A stretch of 20,456 bases of DNA from Vitrella brassicaformis CCMP3155 (Eukaryota; Protista; Chromerida): positions 1 to 20,456 of the forward strand of contig CDMY01000782.1 of the NCBI GenBank assembly GCA_001179505.1, in the 5' to 3' direction. The notes beneath the pieces were generated by a model. It was not told where the DNA came from. It saw nothing but the letters and a program-made list of their open reading frames with translations, and ran no database searches. The translations under genes and the position numbers were made by a program. Below are positions 9,901 through 17,708 of this stretch, piece by piece. Position 1 is the stretch's first letter. The number at the start of each line of letters is the position of its first letter.

Positions 9901-10015
9901 TGCACAAACACATCGTGCACACCGATACAGACATGCATATTCTCTCACCCCTACTTCCTTGCTGCTTACTCGAGAAATAGTGAGTACTTGTGTGCGCAGC
10001 TAGCGAACAAGAAAC

Positions 10016-10079
10016 CAACGAATATAAAATGTGGGCAGCGATGACCTGTTGGAGACACAGTGAGAAGCATGACAGCAAG
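10016..10079 (-). other. Conserved module, copy 8
   Basis: Minus strand CTTGCTGTCATGCTTCTCACTGTGTCTCCAACAG|GTCATCGCTGCCCACATTTTATATTCGTTGG. Confidence 0.85.
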
Positions 10080-10299
10080 CCTGCCCATGCGAACGTCAAT
10101 CATGACACCATGCGCACGTCAATCACGACAACACGCACGTCGGTGTTCTATGGCTGACCTCCTCGTCAGATAGTTCCTGCCGCCACGGAGCAGACAGAGA
10201 CAGCAGCCATGAGTGAAGGGCGCTGCCAGAGCCGGAGCCCTCCTGAGATGAGGAAGGCGCCTCCGCAGCCGCTGCACAACATGTGCGGTGAGGCCGGGC

Positions 10300-11833
10300 A
10301 GTTTACGTCTTGCACACGGGGACGTCTACGAGGGTCTGCAGGTCTTTCACGGCGGCTTCCATCAGGTCAGCGGTCACACTGCTGGGCACTGGCAGCGAAA
10401 ACTCCTGCACTCAACACATAGACACACGCATAAGATTCACGCAGTTGTGTGTGTTGGCGATGGCGTGTTTGTCGCCTTACGCTCTGGTGCGTGTGGCCGG
10501 CTGTGTCTGTGTGCTGGACGATGACCGTCCATGCGCACCCACCGTAGTGACAGCAGGTCATCCTGCACACAAGACAAATCAAAACAACGCGCATTGCAGT
10601 GGTTCTGTGGCCCTGTGTGACGGACTCACCACTGATGCCCAGATCGATGCCCTCCATCTCCCGCCCCAGCCTGCCGTCCCCTTGCCGGACCCGCCACTGC
10701 AGCCAACCCGCACACAAGGAGCTGAGCGCTCTCTGCACATGGATGGATCCGGTGTTGTGCTTATACTTACCTGGATTCGGTGCCGCGTCTGTGTGAAGAG
10801 GCTCTCCAGCACACACTTGTGGAACTGCTGAATGGTCAATGGTCATCGGCTCACGGCGCATGGCCTGGCCGCACTGCCCGGGCTCCTCCGGGGGACCCTC
10901 CCTCAACCTCACTCGCACCTGACGCAAAGGGAAGGGCAAGCAACATCTGTCTGTCTGTCATGTGCGTGATTGCCTGCCTGGCTGTCTGCCTGCCTGCCTG
11001 CCTGCCTGTGTGGGGATGTGATGTAGCCTTACCCTCCTGCTGCGCCCTCTCCCTTTCCTCCTTCTCCTTTTGCTCCTTTCGCTCCCTCAGCGTCCGCCTG
11101 ATGGCCTTCAGGTCACCGCCCCATATCTGCAACGTGTACATCAACCACACCATGCACACGTCGCTTTGCTCTCGCACAACACGCTGACGTCGTCAGTCTT
11201 TCATCGCTGACCTTCTCAGCAGCAGACAGCTCCAGGCCATGGCCCTCTCCCTCCGCTTGAAGGCGATAGAGGGGTTGCGCGACGACATGAGCGGGTCATC
11301 GACAGTCACCGCGTCCGGAGAGAGGTCGACCGTCTGGTCCTCCTCTGACTGTGGGCCATCTGCCGAGTGCGGACGACCTTGGGGTCAACATCCGCATCCT
11401 ATACATATACGCACAAGAGAGAGAGCAAACGGGTGTGTGGTGTGGTGTCGTGCGGTGTGGTGTGTGTCGTGCCTACCGTGAAGTCGTCCTGAACAGACAC
11501 ACAGGAAAGCAGGCAAGCACAGCCGTGGGCGGTCAGTGAGCTGGGCTGCATGTGTTGTCTGCTGTGAAGTGTACCTCGCTGTCCCTGCCCACCTTCCAGT
11601 CATCTGGGAAAACAGCAGCAGTATACACCTTCCGCAGGCCGGCGGGCTCTACATGAACATTCTCGCTTCGGGCGGGCCGATAGCCTTGATGATGGCTTCA
11701 TTGAGCTCATCGCGGGTGAGGAGCTTGTCGGGCTTTGTGAGTAGCGCGTTGAACAGCCTCAGCGTGGTTGGATCCTTGAATTCGCTCGAGGGTGCTGCTG
11801 TACGAGGGCTACGTGGTCGAGGGTGCTTGATCT
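10300..11833 (-). pseudogene. Multi-exon hypothetical protein gene with several frame breaks
   Basis: Exons give EFKDPTTLRLFNALLTKPDKLLTRDELNEAIIKAIGPP (homologous to TLRLFNGMLTIPDKLLPRQQLDEII at ~1050-1115), a 12-nt exon DDFT, IWGGDLKAIRRTLRERKEQKEKEERERAQQE, QQFHKCVLESLFTQTRHRIQ and EFSLPVPSSVTADLMEAAVKDLQTLVD. Breaks at ~11664 and ~11367, plus a 7-bp duplication (GACCATT x2 on minus) near 10835. Confidence 0.65.
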
Positions 11834-11924
11834 GGAACCACGTTCGCTGCCGTCTCTGTCACAGCTGCTCTATTGAAGATCCTTGTCCGACTTACTAGTG
11901 TGTGGTACGTATCGATCGCAGAAA

Positions 11925-11963
11925 GAAGCCCCTCGAATATAAAATGTAGGCAACGATGACCTG
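11925..11963 (-). other. Conserved module, copy 9
   Basis: Minus strand CCTTCAACAG|GTCATCGTTGCCTACATTTTATATTCGAGGGGCTTC; a GTAAGT donor follows near 11895. Confidence 0.85.
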
Positions 11964-12112
11964 TTGAAGGAGACGTTGGAGACGCCTTTCGGTGTTTCGC
12001 TGAGGCTGAAAGATCCACCCTCCTACCCATTTGCCAACACATAGCCATGGAGCAGACAGAGACAGACGTCAATATTCGCCACCCAGCAATTTGCACACTC
12101 CCATCCCGCCCT

Positions 12113-12439
12113 GCGTACTCTCTTTGGTGATGGCTGAGCCACATTCTTGTGCTGCTTGCGTGGCAGGTGGGGACGGAAGAGGTGACGGTGCTTTCGGACT
12201 GATGGCGCGAAGGGGATGGGGTCGGACCGGGCCTCTACATGAAGATACGAAAACCACCCCGGGAAAGAGACATACATACAGTATACTCGTGTGCTGGATG
12301 GCTCATGCACTTGTGATCCTACCAGTTGGTGAAGTGCACTTCATAAGTGCACCGTCATGACCGGAGTAGTATAGAAAAAGGCTTGTGATGTCGCCTTTGG
12401 CCTCTCCCATGGCTTTTGTGACCTCCTCCACCGAATCAA
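12113..12439 (-). pseudogene. Fragment with a caspase/metacaspase-like His motif, plus a following exon
   Basis: DSVEEVTKAMGEAKGDITSLFLYYSGHDG resembles the metacaspase GDxLFFxYSGHG strand. No Cys motif was found and stops follow. The 3' part is paralogous to 13910-14012. Confidence 0.35.
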
Positions 12440-12509
12440 CTTCGCAAGGAATTTCGTCAGGCAGAGAGACCGCAAAAGGGAAATCCGGAGACGCACCCAA
12501 GCGAGGGAA

Positions 12510-12548
12510 GAAGCCCAACGAATATAAAATGTAGGCAGCAATGACCTG
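12510..12548 (-). other. Conserved module, copy 10
   Basis: Minus strand GTCTCCTACAG|GTCATTGCTGCCTACATTTTATATTCGTTGGGCTTC. Confidence 0.85.
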
Positions 12549-12604
12549 TAGGAGACATTGGATGGTGTCTCGTATCTCTTTTCTTCACCACCCTGTCGAG
12601 ACCT

Positions 12605-12966
12605 TACCACGCTGCTTCCTCGTCCTTTCCCTTAGAGCCGCCAGAGGGAAAGGTCGTCGATGTTGCCCAAGGCTGACATCACCACGGTGGCAGTGTCCTT
12701 GTTCCTTTTTGAGCTCAACCCGCTCCGCAAGTCCTTGATGCCGGCCTGGGCGTGTAAGTGGTGGCGCCCGTACGCCTGCCTCTTGGGTGGCTTGATGAAG
12801 CGGCCAGACGGGGGGGGAGGCGCTGCTCGGGGGTGACCTGGTCAGCTGCTCGGTGTGATAGTGGATATGGGACTCGCGCGACAAAGAGAGTCGTTGTTTC
12901 GCAAACAACGCCTGACCCAGCTTCTCCCGCCGCCGAACATATTTCCTCGCGTATGGCGACCAGCTG
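12605..12966 (-). pseudogene. Probable exon of unknown protein
   Basis: An acceptor follows a (GT)n intron tract; the open frame gives DSWSPYARKYVRRREKLGQALFAKQRLSLSRESHIHYHTEQL; a GTAAGG donor near 12606 precedes module copy 10. Confidence 0.35.
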
Positions 12967-12983
12967 TCCTGCAATACCGGTCA

Positions 12984-13010
12984 ACACACACACACACACA
13001 CACACACACA
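12984..13010. repeat. (AC)n microsatellite
   Basis: Directly visible. Confidence 0.95.
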
Positions 13011-13019
13011 ATCAACTGA

Positions 13020-13609
13020 GTGTAAAGCGCGACCATCCATGCTGTTGGTACCGGGTGTGACTGTGACTCAGCTTGAGAAGCTTCCGTCGTTGCCGTGGTT
13101 CGAGTGATCTGCTGACAGCGAGGAGATGATCTGGGGGAAGGCGAAGTCGAATGACTCCACCAGCACGACGAGGCGGTCACACACGTCGAGCGTGACGTGA
13201 GCAGCACGCCCTCTACCCACCTGCTGTTGGCTGTCAGGGCGAACCACCACCCACCGATCGCACACGAGCGACTTGTCGCCGACCCCCCGGCCCATGGCTG
13301 TTGCCAGTTGGTGGCGGATATCTTCGGCGACGGCGGTCTGCATGTGAGCTGGGAGGATCAGTCCGACCACCGAGAGGCGGGTCAGTGATCACAGCTGCAG
13401 GGCGTCGCGGTCCTTGGCTGTGGTGGACTGGTCTCCAGCCATGAAAAAGTCCACTCCTTCCCTCCTGCGGCAGCGCCCATCGCTCCAGGAGCCACTGGTT
13501 CCCGCTGAATGCGAAGTCGAACACGGCTCCGGAAGCACGACGAGGTGGTCACAGTCGTCGAGCTTCACGTCTGAAGCAGGCCCTCTACCAACCTGCAGGG
13601 GACTGTCGG
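13020..13609. repeat. Direct repeat, copy 2 (of 1-590)
   Basis: Matches 1-590 up to the start of the N gap. Confidence 0.95.
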
Positions 13610-13909
13610 NNNNNNNNNNNNNNNNNNNNNNNNNNNNNNNNNNNNNNNNNNNNNNNNNNNNNNNNNNNNNNNNNNNNNNNNNNNNNNNNNNNNNNNNNNN
13701 NNNNNNNNNNNNNNNNNNNNNNNNNNNNNNNNNNNNNNNNNNNNNNNNNNNNNNNNNNNNNNNNNNNNNNNNNNNNNNNNNNNNNNNNNNNNNNNNNNNN
13801 NNNNNNNNNNNNNNNNNNNNNNNNNNNNNNNNNNNNNNNNNNNNNNNNNNNNNNNNNNNNNNNNNNNNNNNNNNNNNNNNNNNNNNNNNNNNNNNNNNNN
13901 NNNNNNNNN
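13610..13909. other. Assembly gap (300 N)
   Basis: Run of N. Confidence 1.
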
Positions 13910-14345
13910 ATGAAGATACGAAAACCACCCCGGGAAAGAGACATACATACAGTATACTCGTGTGCTTTATGGCTCATGCACTTGTGATCCTACTAATTGG
14001 TGAAGTGCACCCATAAGTGCACTGAACAGACAAGGGGAGAGACGCACAAACTGCACAGATGGCCAGTTTAAGCAGCTGTGCAGTGCACTTACGATATGAA
14101 CAGTCTTCGCGTGGAAGCTTCCAGCGGCGTCGAAGCCCGCCTGCTGAATGTTCCTCTCCTCCAGCAACTCCCCAATGTACCCCTGCATGATCCATCCATC
14201 GCCGCAGGCCACGGAGCAGACAGAGACAGCAGCCATGTGTCCACACATATGACTTGCACACTCCCCTCCCCGCCCTCCCTACCCTCCTTGGCGGCGCCAG
14301 CCACTCGTTGTAGAGGTAGAGGCGGGGTCGGTCACAGGCTGGCCG
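13910..14345 (-). pseudogene. Three-exon fragment paralogous to 12040-12345
   Basis: Exons RPACDRPRLYLYNEWLAPPRR | GYIGELLEERNIQQAGFDAAGSFHAKTVHI have GT-AG boundaries. 13910-14012 matches 12239-12341 with few mismatches, and the intron tract GCCAYGGAGCAGACAGAGACAG is shared with ~12045 and ~10183. Confidence 0.55.
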
Positions 14346-14717
14346 CTGCACTCACAAGGACGCACACTCAGAAAGGAAATGGGCGGATAGACCATACTTG
14401 ACTTCTGACCGTGCGTCAGCCTTGGGGTACCTGCTGGCGGCCCGTTGATGTTGGGCGAAAGGTTGCGGTAGCAGCTTGCCTCCTGGTGCATCATGCTACC
14501 GCAATCTTGAGTCATCGCAAACGTGCGGGCGAGCCGTGAATTCCGGCCTTGGGATAGTGTTGATAGAGCTCTGCGTCGGGTTCAGACCTGAAGATGCATC
14601 AGACGAACCTGGTAGGCTTCTGACGGATTGGTGGTCCCTCGTGTCGGCCTTTCATCCTACCTGCCAGGTGCTTAGACGAAACAGACGGCTGCAACAGCGA
14701 ATGGAAGGAAAGATGGG

Positions 14718-15504
14718 CTACACAATCCTTCGCTGCTGCCGATCAATTGCTGCCGATGAGCCGACTCGCACGCCGTCGTCGGCGTGGGTCTTTGTGGTCC
14801 GAAGCGGCCCAGAGGGGACAGGCTCGATGCCGCCGCTTGTCGTCGTCCGAAACCACGTCACCCCTCCCTCTGCGTCCCGCACCATGTCCAACTGCTCGAT
14901 CCGGTTCGCTCGCTGTTCAGTGGCGGGGCTGTGGTACACCGGCACGTCGGTCGTCAACAGCGTGTGCATCTTGGCGCATGCGTCATGGGTGCAGACCGGC
15001 AGAGCGATATCGATCATCTGCTGCCTGCTGAATAGCTGTCGCAAATTCTGCCCACCCGCTCCACTCGTCGCTCGCCGCAGGGCGCTGTCCAGCATCTGAT
15101 TGACCGTCGGCAGCTGGTGGAGGTTCGGGGGGGCATCTCTAGCGGCGCCGAGGAAGCGATTACGCAGATAGAACCACGCGCCGAGAAGTCTTTCGGGGTC
15201 CTTGACGATGCGGGCGTACACGAGTATGTAGCGGTTGTAGTGGTTGAAGTAGCTATAGTGAATGAAGGGAGGGAGGGGCTCGCCGCCTGCCGACTGGAGC
15301 CCCCCGAGATGGCTTGGTAGCTGCATTGAGAGCTCCTGGTCACCGAATACCTGCAAGTCCTCTCCCTCCACCCCGCTCCTGGCTCGGTGTAGAGCAGTCT
15401 GCAGCATCTGCTTGATGTCCGGCAGCTCGTTGAGGAGCGGGCACCTCCTTTCAGGGCTTCGTGGGCATCGATGGTGTCTGTTGGCAGACGTCCCACGTTC
15501 CGCA
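14718..15504 (-). CDS. Hypothetical protein, large terminal exon with an internal repeat
   Basis: Uninterrupted frame of about 260 codons; LNELPDIKQMLQTALHRARSG is repeated as LHQLPTVNQMLDSALRRATSG. Acceptor at 15505-15506 is in phase with an upstream exon ending at 15551; start codon not identified. Confidence 0.7.
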
Positions 15505-16130
15505 CTTAAAGATACACAACATACATCGACGCACACGTCGGGCTACTCACCTGTGGTGGGCCGTCGCCGGAAGAAGAGAAAGGAGCACTGCCAAGGCAAC
15601 CTGGGATACGGGCTGATGGAGAAGAGGCCGCAGAGGTCGCGGGCAAGTCGTGGCTGACGGGTATGTGCGACCAGCAGAAACGGCGGCGTATGAACGGCTT
15701 GGGAAAAAAGAAGCTGGCCGTCTCCCTGACTTTTGACCACCGTGACACTCACCCGCCGGACGTTCCACTGGTTCTTCTTTTTCTGCACCCTTCTGGGAAA
15801 AGAAACATACACAAGAGCACTGTTCTTGACACTTTTAACACCTCCTTTCAGGGCTTCGCGGGCATCGATGGTGTCTGTTGGCAGACGTCGCACTTTTCGC
15901 ACACCTGGAGACATCCACGCAGTTGAAAATACACAACATACAGGCCTGCCACACGCGTCACATCTCGCCTTGCACCTTGCCAGTGGTTTCCACCTGGTGG
16001 GCCGTCGCAAAAGGAAGAGAAGGGAGCACTGCCAGGCCACCAGGGAAAACGGGCTGGTCCCACAACGGGTGTCGCGCGATGCGCTGCTCAGAAGGGGAGG
16101 GCCGCAGAGGTCGCAGCGAAGTCATGTCAG
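15443..16130. repeat. Diverged tandem duplication, period about 400 bp
   Basis: ACCTCCTTTCAGGGCTTCGYGGGCATCGATGGTGTCTGTTGGCAGACGTC at ~15443 and ~15840; TGGTGGGCCGTCGC..GGAGCACTGCCA..GGCCGCAGAGGTCGC in both copies. Confidence 0.85.
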
Positions 16131-16665
16131 ACCATCGCCGACAGAAACGGCGACGAAGGGAGGGAAACAAGGCGGAGGAGAGCCGGATTGGAAGAATTTG
16201 GGCAGGACGGCTCATAGAATTGGAAAAATTTGATTTGTCTCCTCTCAAGCTCGCAATTCTCGCCGCTGGACAGGATCGCAATAAGAAGCTCGCTCTTTGG
16301 TCTAAGACTCCGGGGAGCCGATCTTCCCTTCCTTTGGCACGTGGCCTGGCCACTCTGCTCGTCGCTTGTCGTCGGACGTGCGAGTCGGCTCTCAGCGACG
16401 GAGAAAGATTCAGGATTCATCGCAGGTGAATTAAGTGACACTGCCGACGTCATAGGACCGTCAAGAAGCCGCTGCTTTTGTCACAATGTTCCTCCTGCAG
16501 GGCACTGCTTCTGGACAGCACAGGATGACTCACCCACTCACAGTCAGCAAGAGAGTGCCCACACATCCATTCGATAAATGCGATCAGCCACTTCACCTGA
16601 CCAACACAGTTAGCCCTTCTCCAACACACACACATACACATCTGTCACTCCTCACCCCTCGCCCC

Positions 16666-17691
16666 TCATCCCTTCACCGTCCCTCTCTTAATGACGTCGT
16701 TCTCGAGGTTGAAATGCTGCAGCACGGCACGCCACCGGGGCATCGACTGCGGGTAGCGGTGAGCGAGCGGCTGAGATAGATCGCCAACATGCCGCTCCCC
16801 CGTCCACAGAAGGATGACGCCCCCACTCATCCACTCTAGACAAGCGGCAAAGTCCTCATTGGGCCGGAAACCGCTCACAATCACATCACGGAACTGGAGT
16901 TCGGTGAGTGTCCGGTAGTCCACAGCGATGCCCTGCTGCTCGCTGATGCGCTCAGTCTTGAGACGGTGATGGCGGGGGTCATTGCCGTTGATGAGAGCCT
17001 GCAGCACAATCCTGACGCCCACCTCCCTCTCACGCGGCCACCGCGAGTGCAGTCCGTCCAGGAGGAATGACGAGAAGGAGCGGTAGAGCCAGTTGGCCCG
17101 GCGGATGGCGGGATCGGTCGTCTTGTAGCCCTCAGTGTAGCGATAGTGCGCCGACAGCTCAATCAGCGGCACCACACGGAACGACTCATTGCCGATCCGA
17201 TAGACACCGTTGTCGGCTTGCTGCAGCGCCAGGCTGGTGCTCTGTACCTGGTAGGTGAGCATGTGGCCGAACAGCCGATAGATCGCCATCGCCAATGGCA
17301 GCTGATGGAAGGAGGTCTTTCTGGGGAGGTTGGCCATCAGCCACTGCACCGGCAGCACCAGCGGCAGTCCAGTGGCCGGCGGCAGCCGATAGATGGCGGC
17401 GAGGCGGATGAAGACCACACCGACCCGACGCCACTCGTCGCCACTGCCCTGCTCCAGCACATAGGCCACACGCAGCACATAGGTCAATGAGAGGGGGGCG
17501 GTGCGGTCGATGTCGATGAGGCCGGTGAGTGAGTGGCGGGCGAGGGAGCCGTCGATGCGCTCCACCAGCACACCAGCCGTCACCAACACCGCTTTTGCCC
17601 GGCAGGTGGCTCGCACACAGACGAGCTCATGGGCGAGGAGGGAGGGGAGAATGCGCCTGCGCCACACCTCATCGGGCACCGAATCAGACAT
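16666..17691 (-). CDS. F-box-like N-terminal motif protein (341 aa from ATG 17691), lineage-specific C-terminal domain
   Basis: Intact single frame. The N-terminus VPDEVWRRRILPSLLAHELVCVRATCR fits the F-box pattern LPxEhhxxIhxxLxxxDLxxhxxVCR; the rest is not recognised. Confidence 0.75.
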   Translation of the reverse strand: MSDSVPDEVWRRRILPSLLAHELVCVRATCRAKAVLVTAGVLVERIDGSLARHSLTGLIDIDRTAPLSLTYVLRVAYVLEQGSGDEWRRVGVVFIRLAAIYRLPPATGLPLVLPVQWLMANLPRKTSFHQLPLAMAIYRLFGHMLTYQVQSTSLALQQADNGVYRIGNESFRVVPLIELSAHYRYTEGYKTTDPAIRRANWLYRSFSSFLLDGLHSRWPREREVGVRIVLQALINGNDPRHHRLKTERISEQQGIAVDYRTLTELQFRDVIVSGFRPNEDFAACLEWMSGGVILLWTGERHVGDLSQPLAHRYPQSMPRWRAVLQHFNLENDVIKRGTVKG

Positions 17692-17708
17692 TGCCACCAA
17701 CCACTCAA

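Noticed and set aside
10016-10050. Module as a relic of the dinoflagellate spliced leader (DCCGTAGCCATTTTGGCTCAAG)
   Set aside because: Only CATTTT is shared, and the adjacent genes retain introns, unlike recycled cDNAs.
12290-12352. AAGTGCACTT/AGTATACT palindromes and the YEVHFTNW*DH peptide (PTP WPD-loop or chromo-like)
   Set aside because: Short palindromes are expected by chance; the peptide has a stop at the key position and the frame is not fixed by the paralogue.
2671-12530. TATAAAA in the module read as a plus-strand TATA box (with a Myb-like CAACGG site)
   Set aside because: No plus-strand gene or recognisable RNA gene follows any copy, and the linked splice acceptor is on the minus strand; not excluded for unknown ncRNAs.
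1441-12548. Module copies as a CRISPR array or integron attC cassettes
   Set aside because: Spacing is irregular (about 0.3-2.5 kb), the context is eukaryotic and spliced, there is no dyad symmetry of attC type, and no cas or recombinase gene is present in the window.
13389-14016. ORFs spanning the N run
   Set aside because: Artefacts of translating through the gap.
16127-16660. ORFs of 100-180 aa on both strands
   Set aside because: No codon bias or consistent splice structure; likely intergenic, UTR or promoter sequence.
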